Source: an uncultured Bacilli bacterium
GTDB lineage: Bacteria > Bacillota_I > Bacilli_A > RF39 > UBA660
Assembly: GCA_947627435.1 (NCBI GenBank)
Contig: CANQWB010000002.1
Location: 16,643-80,642 of the forward strand
Length of the DNA: 64,000 nt
Reading direction: 5' to 3'
Part shown: positions 39,041 to 50,308 of the stretch, one piece after another
Layout of the letters: each line of letters begins with the position of its first letter
Position numbering within the stretch: position 1 is the first letter of the stretch
Notes under the pieces: model-generated
Told to the model about the DNA's origin: nothing
Seen by the model: the letters and a program-made list of their open reading frames with translations, nothing else
Database searches by the model: none
Translations under genes and position numbers: made by a program

Positions 39041-41212
39041 ATGTTTATACAAGTATTGGTGGAATTAAAAGCAAAACAGATTTCTAAAACATTTACATAT
39101 CACGTTCCTAAATCTTTACAAGATGAAGTTGCCGTAGGAAAACGTGTTCTCGTTCCATTTGGATATCAAAAATTAGAAGGGTTTATTTTAAATATAGAAT
39201 CTGACTTTACAGGAGATTATGCAACAAAAGATATCTTAGATGTAATAGATGATAAACCAATATTAAATGATGAATTAATTGATTTAGGAGCTTATATTGC
39301 AAAAAAAACTTTGTGCAATCCAATACTTGCATATCAAACGATGTTACCAGTAGCATTAAAAGCCAAAAAAAACCAACATATTTCTAAAAAATATGAAAAA
39401 TATATTATATGGAAGTATCCAGATAATATCCGATCTTCCATCACTCCTGCGCAACAACAAATTTTAAATCGTATGGATGGTGAAGAAAAAGTATTAAAAA
39501 AAGAATTGACATCGATTTCCGCATCAGCTTTGACTACTTTAATCAAGTATCAGGTATTACAAGAAGTGGAAGAAGAAGTATATCGTATGCACCATTCTAT
39601 CAAAGAAACCATCGCAAAACCTAATTTGAGTGAAGAACAAAAACGAGTATTGGATACTATTCAAATGCATACATTTCAACCATACTTATTGCATGGTGTA
39701 ACAGGTAGCGGGAAAACAGAAGTATACATGCGCATCATTGAACAAGTACTAGAAGCAGGAAAAGAAGCAATTGTGTTGGTACCAGAAATTAGTTTAACAC
39801 CACAATTTATTTCTATTTTTGAACGACGTTTTCCAGATCAAATAGCTGTTTTACATAGCCGTCTTAGTAATGGAGAAAAATATGATGAATGGCGAAAAAT
39901 AGAGAGAAAAGAAGTATCTATTGTCATAGGTGCACGTAGTGCGATATTTGCCCCTTTTACCAATTTAGGTGTCATTATTGTCGATGAAGAACATTCTACA
40001 ACATATAAGCAAGAAAATACGCCAAAATATCATGCGATTGATATTGCGATATGGCGTGCTAAACGATATCAAATTCCAGTTGTATTAGGAAGTGCTACTC
40101 CATCCATTGAAAGTTATACAAGAGCAGTTTCTGGTATCTATCAACTGTGTGAGATGAAACATCGAATTGTACAAAATTTACCAACAGTTACGTTGGTAGA
40201 TATGAAAGATGAAATCAAAAAAGGGAATCGTATTTTATCAGAATTATTACAACAAAAAATTGAGGAAAAATTAAAACGAAACGAACAAATTATTTTATTA
40301 TTAAACCGCAGAGGATATACTACTATTCATACTTGTCCAAATTGTGGTTATACACATAAATGTAACGTTTGTGATATTCCGTTTACATATCATAAAACGT
40401 TACATAGAATGCAATGTCATTACTGTGGAAATACAGCAGAACCGTTAAAAAAATGTCCAGAATGTCATAGTGAAAATATGCAGCAATATGGTCTTGGAAC
40501 AGAACGTTTAGAACAGTATTTACAAGAACAATTTCCACATGCCAACATTTTACGTATGGATAATGATACTACTACGAAAAAGGGTAGTCATGATCGTATG
40601 ATTCACGATTTTTTAGAAGAAAAATATTCTATTTTATTAGGAACCCAAATGATAGCAAAAGGGCTTGATTTTCCTAAAGTTACACTCGTTGGAGTCATCA
40701 ATGGAGATGCCAGTTTAAATATACCAGATTTTAGAAGTGCTGAAAGGACTTTTGACTTATTATCACAAGTAGCGGGTAGAGCAGGAAGAACAGAACGACA
40801 AGGGGAAGTAATTATACAAGGTTTTCATATGGATCACTATAGTATTCAAAAAGCCAAGGAACATGACTATATTGGATTTTACGAAGAAGAAATGAAAATC
40901 AGAAAACAATTGCATTATAGTCCATACTATAATTTGTGTTTACTCTCCTTAAAATCTCCAAATGAACAAAATATAATGATGGAAGGTAAAAAAATTGTAG
41001 ATTATTTTCATCACTTACAATTACATCATGTAATAATATTAGGGCCTAGTTTTGCTTCCATTCCTAAGATTAATAATATCTATCATGCACAAGTGATTTT
41101 AAAATATAAAAAAACAGAAGATATTTATGCAAGTTTACAATCTTTAATCGACATATATAGAGGAAAGAAAAATATACAATTAGACATTGATATGAACCCA
41201 ATTCGGCTTTAA
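39041..41212 (+). CDS. priA: primosomal protein N' (replication restart helicase PriA)
   Basis: GVTGSGKTEVY, VDEEH and a Cys-rich zinc region (CPNCGY..CNVCD..CHYCG..CPEC). ATG 39041 follows GGTGA. Confidence 0.9.
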   Translation: MFIQVLVELKAKQISKTFTYHVPKSLQDEVAVGKRVLVPFGYQKLEGFILNIESDFTGDYATKDILDVIDDKPILNDELIDLGAYIAKKTLCNPILAYQTMLPVALKAKKNQHISKKYEKYIIWKYPDNIRSSITPAQQQILNRMDGEEKVLKKELTSISASALTTLIKYQVLQEVEEEVYRMHHSIKETIAKPNLSEEQKRVLDTIQMHTFQPYLLHGVTGSGKTEVYMRIIEQVLEAGKEAIVLVPEISLTPQFISIFERRFPDQIAVLHSRLSNGEKYDEWRKIERKEVSIVIGARSAIFAPFTNLGVIIVDEEHSTTYKQENTPKYHAIDIAIWRAKRYQIPVVLGSATPSIESYTRAVSGIYQLCEMKHRIVQNLPTVTLVDMKDEIKKGNRILSELLQQKIEEKLKRNEQIILLLNRRGYTTIHTCPNCGYTHKCNVCDIPFTYHKTLHRMQCHYCGNTAEPLKKCPECHSENMQQYGLGTERLEQYLQEQFPHANILRMDNDTTTKKGSHDRMIHDFLEEKYSILLGTQMIAKGLDFPKVTLVGVINGDASLNIPDFRSAERTFDLLSQVAGRAGRTERQGEVIIQGFHMDHYSIQKAKEHDYIGFYEEEMKIRKQLHYSPYYNLCLLSLKSPNEQNIMMEGKKIVDYFHHLQLHHVIILGPSFASIPKINNIYHAQVILKYKKTEDIYASLQSLIDIYRGKKNIQLDIDMNPIRL

Positions 41213-41261
41213 AATGTAAAAAAAGGAATAAATTGTGATAAAATAATAATAAGGTGATAAT

Positions 41262-42227
41262 ATGGATATAAATGATATCAATATAGAAGAAGAAGTTAAA
41301 ATTGTATTTATGGGAACACCAGCGTTTGCAGTTCCCATTTTACAAGGTTTAATGGATCATTATAATGTACGTGGTGTGGTCACACAACCAGATAAACCAG
41401 TAGGCAGAAATGGAAAGATTGCAGAACCACCAGTTAAAAAATTAGCCCGTGATCATACTATTTTGGTATTGCAACCAGAGAAAATCAAAGACGATTGGCA
41501 AAGTGTTATTTCTTTAAAACCTAATCTTATTATTACTTGTGCTTATGGTCAAATTTTGCCTAGAGAATTATTGGTTTATCCAAAATATGGATGTATTAAT
41601 GTACATGCATCTTTGCTTCCAAAATTACGAGGAGGTGCTCCAATTCATCATGCAATTATAGATGGGCATTCTAAAACGGGAATTACCATTATGCATATGA
41701 GTCCTAAAATGGATCAAGGAGATATGATTGCACAGGTCGAAATTCCGATTGAAGAAACAGATACCGCATCTTCATTACATGATAAATTACAAGTAATAGG
41801 AAGAGATTTATTATTAGAAACATTACCATCGATTATCAATGGTACAGCGCCACGTATCAAACAAGATGAAAGTGAAGCAACATATGCATTTAACATCAAA
41901 AGAGAAGATGAAAAAATTGATTTTAGTAAGACCAAAAAACAAATCTATAATCAAGTCAGAGGGTTGAATAGTTGGCCTGGTGCTTATACTATGTTTGAAT
42001 CTAAGATTATGAAAGTATGGGAATGTTATGATACAGATGAGACCTATCCTATGTTATTTGATGGACAAATTACAAAAATTTATCCAGATGGCATTGGTGT
42101 AAAAGTATCCAATGGAGAAGTTGTATTTACAGTAATTCAACCAGAAGGAAAAAATAAAATGAGAGCGATTGATTTTGTAAATGGATACCAAAATAAAGAA
42201 ACATTAGTCGGAAAGATATTTGAGTAA
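41262..42227 (+). CDS. fmt: methionyl-tRNA formyltransferase
   Basis: IVFMGTPAFAVP, VVTQPDKPVGR, HASLLPKLRGGAPI. Confidence 0.9.
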   Translation: MDINDINIEEEVKIVFMGTPAFAVPILQGLMDHYNVRGVVTQPDKPVGRNGKIAEPPVKKLARDHTILVLQPEKIKDDWQSVISLKPNLIITCAYGQILPRELLVYPKYGCINVHASLLPKLRGGAPIHHAIIDGHSKTGITIMHMSPKMDQGDMIAQVEIPIEETDTASSLHDKLQVIGRDLLLETLPSIINGTAPRIKQDESEATYAFNIKREDEKIDFSKTKKQIYNQVRGLNSWPGAYTMFESKIMKVWECYDTDETYPMLFDGQITKIYPDGIGVKVSNGEVVFTVIQPEGKNKMRAIDFVNGYQNKETLVGKIFE

Positions 42228-42324
42228 TCAATCATATGACATGATATCCAGATAAAAGAATTATAATAGAATAGTTGCATTTTTGAATAATATATGATAA
42301 ATTAGAACAAGTTAGGAGGTCAAA

Positions 42325-42537
42325 ATGAGGACTTTATTAATTATTGTATCCATTCTATTAATTGCCATCGTATTATTACAAGCAGGGAAAGCAGAGAGCG
42401 CTTCTAATGCATTAACAGGTGGTAATGATAGTTTATTTAAAAACAGAAAAGAAAGAGGCGGAGAGTTATTTATTACAAGATTAACTTTTGGCTTAGGACT
42501 TGCTTTCTTTGTAATTTGTTTTATTTTAGGATTTTAA
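42325..42537 (+). CDS. secG: preprotein translocase subunit SecG
   Basis: 70 aa with two TM helices around ..LLQAGKAES..LTGG.., typical of SecG. Confidence 0.75.
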   Translation: MRTLLIIVSILLIAIVLLQAGKAESASNALTGGNDSLFKNRKERGGELFITRLTFGLGLAFFVICFILGF

Positions 42538-42702
42538 AATAGGATAATAAGAATCGAAAAGATTCTTTTTTTATTGATTATATTATTTCATATAATAATA
42601 GATGGTATTGAGATGCATACGATTTGAATTATTTTTATATCGGACCAAAACCTTTCTTTACTCTATCAAAATTTTGTCGTATAATGAACATAGGTGGTTG
42701 TT

Positions 42703-43254
42703 ATGTATGAATATATTAAGGGAATTGTAACAGATGTAGAGAGCAATTATATTGTATTAGAACAAAGTGGAGTTGGATATCATATTTATACAGGAAACCC
42801 TTATGCATTTCATTTAAATGAAACATATCAAATTTATATTTACCAATACGTAAGAGAAGATGAAAATTCACTTTATGGTTTTGCAACCAAAGAAGAAAAA
42901 GATTTATTTTTGCGTCTCATTGATGTGAAAGGACTTGGATGTAAAATGGCCCTTCCTATGTTAGCAACTGGTTCGATTGCGGGTATCATCGATGCAATTG
43001 AACGAGAAAACATTTTATATTTAAAAAAATTTCCAAAAATAGGAGATAAAGTGGCACGTCAGATTATATTGGATTTAAAAGGTAAATTAGTCAGTCAAGA
43101 AGCAAATGTTCCTACTTCCAATGAAGAATTGATTGAAACATTAAAAGCATTAGGATACAAAAATAGTGAAATTCAAAAAATAGTAAATAAAGTAGACTCT
43201 ACTTTAAAAATTGAGGAGCAAGTAAAAGAAGCATTAAAATTATTATTGAAATAG
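42703..43254 (+). CDS. ruvA: Holliday junction DNA helicase RuvA
   Basis: MYEYIKGIV......VLEQSGVGY.. start, HhH region (..VKGLGCKMA.., ..FPKIGDKVARQI), then a C-terminal domain. Confidence 0.85.
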   Translation: MYEYIKGIVTDVESNYIVLEQSGVGYHIYTGNPYAFHLNETYQIYIYQYVREDENSLYGFATKEEKDLFLRLIDVKGLGCKMALPMLATGSIAGIIDAIERENILYLKKFPKIGDKVARQIILDLKGKLVSQEANVPTSNEELIETLKALGYKNSEIQKIVNKVDSTLKIEEQVKEALKLLLK

Positions 43255-43273
43255 AAAAGAGGCATAGGGGAGT

Positions 43274-44278
43274 ATGGAAGAAAGAATTTTAACAAATCAG
43301 GAATTGACAGAAGATAATTTTGAAGAAACAATCCGTCCTGATCGTTTGGAAGAGTATATTGGTCAACAAGAAGTAAAAGAAAATTTAGCGATTTTTATTC
43401 AAGCAACTAAAATGCGTGAAGAACCCCTAGATCATGTACTTTTATATGGGCCTCCGGGGTTAGGAAAGACAACATTAGCATATATTATTGCCAATGAATT
43501 AGGTAGCAATATTAAAACTGCAAGTGGTCCTTCTATTGAAAAAAGTGGGGATTTGGCATCCATTTTGTCTACATTAGAACCAGGAGATGTTTTATTTATA
43601 GATGAAATTCATAGAATGCCAAGATGCATAGAAGAAATTTTGTATCCAGCAATGGAAGATTTTGTGTTGGATATTATTATTGGAGGAGAATCTTCTAAAA
43701 ATATAAGAATTGAATTACCTCCATTTACATTAGTAGGCGCAACGACACGCGCTGGAGATTTATCCAGTCCTTTGCGTGATCGTTTTGGAATTATTTCGAA
43801 ATTACAATATTATACTATGGAAGAATTAACGGAAATCGTAAAACGTACAGCACGCGTTTTATCCACTCCAATTGAAGAAGAAGCTGCGGTTGAATTAGCA
43901 CGTAGAAGTAGAGGTACACCACGAATTGCCAATCGCTTGTTAAAACGTGTTCGTGATTTCGCACAAGTAAAAGGAGATGGAGTCATTACTTTAGAAATTA
44001 CCAAAATGGCTTTAGATCAACTGAAGGTCGATTCGATTGGTCTAGATGATACAGATTATCATTTATTAAAATCTATTATTGAAAAGTTTAATGGTGGACC
44101 TGTTGGAATTGAAGCGATTGCTTCTTCGATTGGCGAAGAACAAACGACCATTGAAGATGTCTATGAGCCTTACTTATTACAGATTGGATTTTTAAAACGT
44201 ACCAATCGTGGTCGTATTGTGACAAAACTTGCCTATGATCATTTGCAAATACCATATCAAGAAAATATGTTTGAATAG
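43274..44278 (+). CDS. ruvB: Holliday junction DNA helicase RuvB
   Basis: [38 protein letters not shown]. Confidence 0.95.
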   Translation: MEERILTNQELTEDNFEETIRPDRLEEYIGQQEVKENLAIFIQATKMREEPLDHVLLYGPPGLGKTTLAYIIANELGSNIKTASGPSIEKSGDLASILSTLEPGDVLFIDEIHRMPRCIEEILYPAMEDFVLDIIIGGESSKNIRIELPPFTLVGATTRAGDLSSPLRDRFGIISKLQYYTMEELTEIVKRTARVLSTPIEEEAAVELARRSRGTPRIANRLLKRVRDFAQVKGDGVITLEITKMALDQLKVDSIGLDDTDYHLLKSIIEKFNGGPVGIEAIASSIGEEQTTIEDVYEPYLLQIGFLKRTNRGRIVTKLAYDHLQIPYQENMFE

Positions 44279-44355
44279 GATAAGTTATAACAAAAATGCT
44301 TTTAGAACATGGAAAAATAGGATTTATATTTTGTTACTAAAGTGAGGTGTAAAAC

Positions 44356-45381
44356 ATGAAAACAGATGATTTTGACTATGAATTACCATCCCATTTAATT
44401 GCGCAAACACCGATTGAAAAAAGAGATCATTCCAGATTGATGATTTTAGATAAAACAACTGGTGAAATTTCGCATAAATATTTTCATGATATTATAGAGG
44501 AATTACAACCAACTGATGTACTTGTCTTAAATAATACTAAAGTAATACCTGCTAGACTTTACGGAGTCAAGGAAGAAACAAATGCTGCAATTGAACTTTT
44601 AATGTTAAAAGAAAAAGAAAATAATATTTGGGAATGTTTGACACGTCCTGCCAAAAGAATTAAAGTAGGCACAATTGTTACTTTTGGAAATGGATTATTA
44701 AAAGCCGAATGTATGGCGGAAAAAGAAGAAGGAATTCGTGTCTTTCGTTTACAATATGAAGGCATTTTGTACGAAATATTAGATCAATTAGGTGAAATGC
44801 CTTTACCACCTTATATTCACCAAAAATTACAAGATAAAACACGTTATCAGACTGTATATGCCAAAGAAGAAGGTAGTGCTGCAGCACCTACTGCAGGTTT
44901 ACATTTTACAAAAGAATTGTTACAAAAAATTGAAGAAAAAGGTGTTCAAGTTACTTATGTAACATTACATGTAGGTTTAGGAACTTTTAGACCCGTTTCG
45001 GTTGAAGACGTCACACAACATAAAATGCACAGTGAGTTTTATCAGATGACAGAAACGACTGCACAAATATTAAATCAAGCCAAAAAAGAAGGTAGAAGAA
45101 TTATAGCCGTTGGTACGACAACAACCCGTGTACTCGAAACGATTATGATGCAGTATCATCAATTTCAAGCTTGCAGTGGTTGGACTGATATTTTTATTTA
45201 TCCTGGTTATTCTTTTCAAGCAATTGATGCTTTAATTACTAATTTTCATTTACCAAAATCGACATTACTTATGTTAGTAAGTGCTTTAGCGGGAAAAGAA
45301 AATATTTTACATGCTTATCAAGAAGCAGTGAAATGTGAATATCGTTTTTTTTCCTTTGGTGACAGTATGATGATTCGCTAA
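44356..45381 (+). CDS. queA: S-adenosylmethionine:tRNA ribosyltransferase-isomerase
   Basis: FDYELP..LIAQ.P...[29 protein letters not shown]. Confidence 0.9.
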   Translation: MKTDDFDYELPSHLIAQTPIEKRDHSRLMILDKTTGEISHKYFHDIIEELQPTDVLVLNNTKVIPARLYGVKEETNAAIELLMLKEKENNIWECLTRPAKRIKVGTIVTFGNGLLKAECMAEKEEGIRVFRLQYEGILYEILDQLGEMPLPPYIHQKLQDKTRYQTVYAKEEGSAAAPTAGLHFTKELLQKIEEKGVQVTYVTLHVGLGTFRPVSVEDVTQHKMHSEFYQMTETTAQILNQAKKEGRRIIAVGTTTTRVLETIMMQYHQFQACSGWTDIFIYPGYSFQAIDALITNFHLPKSTLLMLVSALAGKENILHAYQEAVKCEYRFFSFGDSMMIR

Positions 45382-45448
45382 AAAATGAATTGCATAATTT
45401 CTTTTTTTGTGATTTAATATTGGATATAGCAGTGAAGTAGGTGATATT

Positions 45449-46498
45449 ATGACAGAGGAACAATATCAAAAATTAAATCGTTATTTAAACGATTGCTTTC
45501 AAGCATTAGAAGTAAACGATTCCTTTTTCTTACGTAACTTGAAATATATTTGTTATATCAGTGACTGTTTTATAGAGAAGGTAGGGCCTTTACAACTAGA
45601 GGATCAATCGATTCAAAATCATCTTTCATTTCAAGATGTCTATTTATTAGCTCGTGAAATGATTGAATATATCAATCCATCTTATTTAAAACAGTTTGAC
45701 ACTATATTAAATGATGGAACACTAGATTTTGGTTATGAACATGAATACTATGATTCATACTATACATTTAATTCAGATATAGAACAATCTGAAATCAATA
45801 TCAATCGTGAATTTCATTATGGAGATGTACCGGCATTAATTCACGAATTTTTTCACCTTTTAAATGGAAATGTAAAAGATAAAAGTATTTATAGATACTT
45901 ATTTACAGAATTTATTTCCATTTATTTTGAAATACAAACCATTTCTTATTTAATGGATATAAAACAGATTCCCAAAGAAGAGATTAACGTCTATGATAGA
46001 ATTTTAACTACTTTGAAATCATGTAAAATAGTGAATCGCTATATTATGCCTTTTATATTTTATGAAGAATTAGGTGAAGTACATCCAAAAAATATTGCAC
46101 TTCTTCAACATGAATTTTCCATTCCTGAAAAACAGTATGTGCAATGTTGTAAAGATTTATTACAACATTTTGAACGATGGGATCATGAATATAATCAATC
46201 ACATTTACAAGATGAATCAGTGGATTATCAAAGTAGAAATGATTACTTCGCACAATTTTTTCATGAATACCGTTATATATTAGGAACCTTACTTGCGTTT
46301 TATGCGACTCAACATATCAGTATACCAACCATGATTGCTTTCAACGATCAAATTAATGCCTTTAAGTGCACCAATATTATCGATTTACTCAAACAACAGT
46401 TAGGTATTGATATGAATGTAGAACGTTTTTCTGATGTATGTTTTACAAGTATGGATGCTTTTATAAAAAAGTATGGAAAAAAGGAAAAAAATAAATGA
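45449..46498 (+). CDS. hypothetical protein with an HExxH zinc-metallopeptidase-like motif
   Basis: ALIHEFFHLLNG (HExxH), with a Glu 19 residues after the second His (..LFTEF..), as in gluzincins. I recognise no family. Confidence 0.55.
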   Translation: MTEEQYQKLNRYLNDCFQALEVNDSFFLRNLKYICYISDCFIEKVGPLQLEDQSIQNHLSFQDVYLLAREMIEYINPSYLKQFDTILNDGTLDFGYEHEYYDSYYTFNSDIEQSEININREFHYGDVPALIHEFFHLLNGNVKDKSIYRYLFTEFISIYFEIQTISYLMDIKQIPKEEINVYDRILTTLKSCKIVNRYIMPFIFYEELGEVHPKNIALLQHEFSIPEKQYVQCCKDLLQHFERWDHEYNQSHLQDESVDYQSRNDYFAQFFHEYRYILGTLLAFYATQHISIPTMIAFNDQINAFKCTNIIDLLKQQLGIDMNVERFSDVCFTSMDAFIKKYGKKEKNK

Positions 46499-47376
46499 AA
46501 AAAATAATATGTATTGTAGGACCTACTGGAGTAGGAAAAACAAAACTGAGTATTGCACTTGCCAAAAAATATAATGGAGAAATTATCAATGCTGATAGTA
46601 CACAAGTCTATAAAGGACTGAATATCGCAACAGCTAAAATCAAAGAAGAAGAAAAAGAAGGAATTCCCCATCATTTATTGGATATGAAAGAATTAAATGA
46701 ACTTTATACTGTCTTTGATTATCAAAAAGATTGTAGAAAAAAAATAGAAGAAATTTTTTCCAGGGGAAAAACACCTATTTTAGTAGGAGGAACTGGATTA
46801 TATATAAAAGCTGTTTTATACAATTATGAACTAGAAGAAACAGAATGCATATCCAAATATCAAGAAGATACAAGTACACTATATCAACACTTATTAAAAA
46901 TTGATCCCAATACTAGCATTCATCCTCATAATCGCAAACGCATTGAACGAGCATTAAATTACTATCACGCAACAGGAAAATGTCTTAGTGATCAGAAAAA
47001 AGCAGATACATTATTATACCCAACGATTATGTTAGGACTTACCATGGATAGAAATTTATTATATCAATGTATTAATAAGAGAGTAGATCAAATGGTGGAA
47101 GAAGGATTACTAGAAGAAGCAAAAAAACTATATGAAAGTAAGATTCAAAGTAAAGCAGTGATGACACCGATTGGCTATAAAGAATTGTTTCCATATTTTC
47201 AAAAACAAGAATCCTTAGATACCTGTTTGGATAAAATAAAACAACATAGTAGAAACTATGCGAAAAGGCAATATACATGGTTTCGTCATCAGATGGATGT
47301 AAATTGGTTAGAAGTAGATATCCATCACTTTGATGCAACGATCGAAAAAGCTTGTCAGATCATCGAAAATAGGTAG
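46495..47376 (+). CDS. miaA: tRNA dimethylallyltransferase
   Basis: [30 protein letters not shown]. The start overlaps the previous stop (ATGA). Confidence 0.9.
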   Translation: MKKIICIVGPTGVGKTKLSIALAKKYNGEIINADSTQVYKGLNIATAKIKEEEKEGIPHHLLDMKELNELYTVFDYQKDCRKKIEEIFSRGKTPILVGGTGLYIKAVLYNYELEETECISKYQEDTSTLYQHLLKIDPNTSIHPHNRKRIERALNYYHATGKCLSDQKKADTLLYPTIMLGLTMDRNLLYQCINKRVDQMVEEGLLEEAKKLYESKIQSKAVMTPIGYKELFPYFQKQESLDTCLDKIKQHSRNYAKRQYTWFRHQMDVNWLEVDIHHFDATIEKACQIIENR

Positions 47377-47439
47377 AAAATACCTATTTTCTTTTATGAA
47401 AAGAAGTGTTATAATAGAAGCCATCAAGGAGGAATTCTC

Positions 47440-48153
47440 ATGCAACGATATTTTGCCAAAACAAAAGAACAAGATTATTTTCTTTTAAATGAAGATGACA
47501 TATATCATATCAAAACCGTTATGCGCATGAATGAACATGATAAAATCCAAGTGGTGTATGAAAATAATGTGTATTTGTGTTGTCTAGAAAATGTAAAGAC
47601 AAATTTAAAAATTCACATTGAAAACCAGTTGAAAACTTATGAAGATTCTATGCCGAAAATAACATTGTTAATTCCTCTATTGAAAGAGCAGAAAATGGAT
47701 TTGATTTTACAAAAAGCAACTGAATTGGGAGTAAATATGATTATTTCCATTGAAACAGAACGTAGTATTATCAAGCAAAAAGAAGAAAATACAGCAAAAA
47801 AATTAGAACGATGGAGACGTATTTGTAAAGAAGCAAGTGAACAATCTTATCGTATAGATATTCCAACTGTTTTACCAATACATAAACCAAAAGAATTACC
47901 GTTTTTAGAAGGTTTAAAACTAATTTGTAGTACAACTGAGAAACAAAAAAATATTCATTTTCTTTTGAATTCAGAAAAAACCTGTGATAGAATAAATGTA
48001 GTGGTTGGCCCTGAAGGTGGTTTTTCACAAAAAGAAGAACAGATGTGGAACCAAATGGGATTTCAATCTGTTTCATTAGGTAATCGTATTATGCGTGTAG
48101 AAACAGTGCCAATATATTTATTAAGTATATTCAATTTTTATTATATGGAGTGA
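47440..48153 (+). CDS. rsmE: 16S rRNA (uracil1498-N3)-methyltransferase RsmE
   Basis: MQRYF start, PUA-like N-terminus, C-terminal ..VVGPEGGFS..E...-type SPOUT knot. rsmE-mtaB synteny as in Bacillus yqeU-yqeV. Confidence 0.8.
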   Translation: MQRYFAKTKEQDYFLLNEDDIYHIKTVMRMNEHDKIQVVYENNVYLCCLENVKTNLKIHIENQLKTYEDSMPKITLLIPLLKEQKMDLILQKATELGVNMIISIETERSIIKQKEENTAKKLERWRRICKEASEQSYRIDIPTVLPIHKPKELPFLEGLKLICSTTEKQKNIHFLLNSEKTCDRINVVVGPEGGFSQKEEQMWNQMGFQSVSLGNRIMRVETVPIYLLSIFNFYYME

Positions 48154-48158
48154 AGTAT

Positions 48159-48953
48159 ATGATTGATATCGCAATTAATAATCAAATTTTATTAGGAATC
48201 GCAATTGTTGTAGTTCTCATATTGATAGGAAATGTGTTATACATATTTTTAAAGGATCATCAAAAAGATAAAGAAGAAATTAAAGAGCTTATGAATATTG
48301 TACCAAAACGTATGGAACAGAAGACCGAAGAAGTACAAGAAAAAAAGACTGAAATTGAAGAAATGTTAGATAAAATGCAACATGATTTAGAAGCAAAATC
48401 AGAAGATGTAGTAGAAAACTTTGAAAAAGAACAAGAAGAAACTTCAATTATTAGTTATCAAGAATTATTAAAGACATTAAATAAAGAAGTATCCAATCCA
48501 AAAGAAGCTATTCCTGTTAAGATGGAACCAGATTCTGTAGAAACACCTATGACACAACAAATCATGGACGAAGAAATTCAACAACCAAAATTAGAGGCCA
48601 TGAAAGAGACGAAACCAAATACAGAACAAGCAATTAAAAAATTTAAAAATACAGAATTTATTTCACCAATTTATGGAAAAATGGAAGGAAAATTAGAATA
48701 TCCAACAGTACCATCTTTTCAAGCCAAAGAAGAAAAAATGACATCGCAATCCGTTGAAGATGTCATTCAAGAATTTGACCGTAAATTAGAACATCATAAT
48801 ATGGATGACTATTTAGAAAATTATGGTTTTCATAATCATATGAAAATTGATAGTTTAGAACAGACATTAAATATGCCACCAATTAGTCCTGAAATAAAAG
48901 CCAACGAAGAATTTTTACAAGCATTAAAGGAATTTCGAAAAAATTTAGAATAG
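48159..48953 (+). CDS. membrane-anchored acidic hypothetical protein
   Basis: One N-terminal TM helix (LLGIAIVVVLILIGNVLYIF), then a Glu/Lys-rich region. GGAG RBS then ATG 48159; the track start is GTG 48150. Confidence 0.5.
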   Translation: MIDIAINNQILLGIAIVVVLILIGNVLYIFLKDHQKDKEEIKELMNIVPKRMEQKTEEVQEKKTEIEEMLDKMQHDLEAKSEDVVENFEKEQEETSIISYQELLKTLNKEVSNPKEAIPVKMEPDSVETPMTQQIMDEEIQQPKLEAMKETKPNTEQAIKKFKNTEFISPIYGKMEGKLEYPTVPSFQAKEEKMTSQSVEDVIQEFDRKLEHHNMDDYLENYGFHNHMKIDSLEQTLNMPPISPEIKANEEFLQALKEFRKNLE

Positions 48954-48982
48954 GCATTATGCCTTTTTTTTAAGGAGGTTTT

Positions 48983-50281
48983 ATGAAATTTAATATATAT
49001 ACACTTGGTTGCAAGGTGAACATATATGAATCCAATGTCATAGCAGATCAATTAAAAAATCATGGATATCAAGAAGTGTCTATTCAAGAACCTGCTGATA
49101 TTTCAATTATCAATACTTGTTCTGTTACCAATATGGCAGACCATAAATCGATGAAGACAATCAAACGTGCAATCAAAGAAAATCCAAATGCACTGATCAT
49201 CGCATGTGGATGTTTTGCTCAAAAAGAAAAAAAATTAGAAATAGATGGTGTAGATATTGTAATTGGAAATCAAGGAAAATCTAAAATTTTAGATTATATT
49301 GAACAATTTCAATTGCAAAAAAAGAAAATAGATGCTGTTGCACCTATGGATCATGTAATATTTGAATCCATGAAACTCAATAATTCCAATAAAACACGAG
49401 CTTTTGTAAAAATACAAGATGGTTGTAATAATTTTTGTACTTACTGCATTATTCCTTATACAAGGGGAAATGTTCGTAGTAAAAAAAGAGAAGATGTATT
49501 AGATGAAGTGACAGAGTTAGTACAACATGGTCATAAAGAAATTGTCTTAACTGGAATTCATACTGGAAATTATGGTGCTGAATTTGAAAACTATGATTTT
49601 GCCAATTTATTAAATGATTTAATTCAAATAAAAGGTTTAAAACGAATTCGTATTTCTTCTATTGAAATGACAGAATTAAATGATCGTGTGTTGAATGTAC
49701 TAAAGAAAAGTAATATTTTAGTAGATCATTTACACATTCCTCTACAAAGTGGCTCTGACACCGTTTTAAAACGAATGAATCGTAAATATACAATCGCAGA
49801 TTTTATTCAAAAAATAGAACAAATTAGAAAAATTAGGCCAAATATTTCGATTACGACAGATGTCATTACAGGATTTCCTGGAGAAACAGAGGAAGAATTT
49901 AAGGAAACCATTTCTACTATTCAACAAATAAAATTTGCCAAATTACATGTATTTCCATATTCAAAAAGAGAAGGGACTGCTGCCTGTCTCTTGCCCAATC
50001 ATATAGATAATCGAATCAAAAAAGAACGTGCTAGAAAATTGATCGCACTTTCTAAAAAACTAGAAATGGATTATATGAATCATTTCATTGGTCAAACAGT
50101 AGAAGTACTACCTGAAACGATAGATGATGAAGGAATTATAGGGCATACAGGAAATTATTTACTTGTCAAAGTAAAAACAAAAAACAAAAATTTAAATCAA
50201 GAGAGAAATGTAACCATTGAATCTGTTGCATATCCATATTGTATAGGGTATGAACAAGTTGACGAGTTTGTCAAAATATAG
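48983..50281 (+). CDS. mtaB: tRNA t6A37 methylthiotransferase MtaB (MiaB-like radical SAM enzyme)
   Basis: N-terminal UPF0004 Cys triad (..LGCKVN.., ..NTCSVT.., ..ACGCFAQ), radical SAM CNNFCTYC, C-terminal TRAM-like domain. Confidence 0.85.
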   Translation: MKFNIYTLGCKVNIYESNVIADQLKNHGYQEVSIQEPADISIINTCSVTNMADHKSMKTIKRAIKENPNALIIACGCFAQKEKKLEIDGVDIVIGNQGKSKILDYIEQFQLQKKKIDAVAPMDHVIFESMKLNNSNKTRAFVKIQDGCNNFCTYCIIPYTRGNVRSKKREDVLDEVTELVQHGHKEIVLTGIHTGNYGAEFENYDFANLLNDLIQIKGLKRIRISSIEMTELNDRVLNVLKKSNILVDHLHIPLQSGSDTVLKRMNRKYTIADFIQKIEQIRKIRPNISITTDVITGFPGETEEEFKETISTIQQIKFAKLHVFPYSKREGTAACLLPNHIDNRIKKERARKLIALSKKLEMDYMNHFIGQTVEVLPETIDDEGIIGHTGNYLLVKVKTKNKNLNQERNVTIESVAYPYCIGYEQVDEFVKI

Positions 50282-50308
50282 TATATTATTAGTAATGGAG
50301 GCGTAAAT

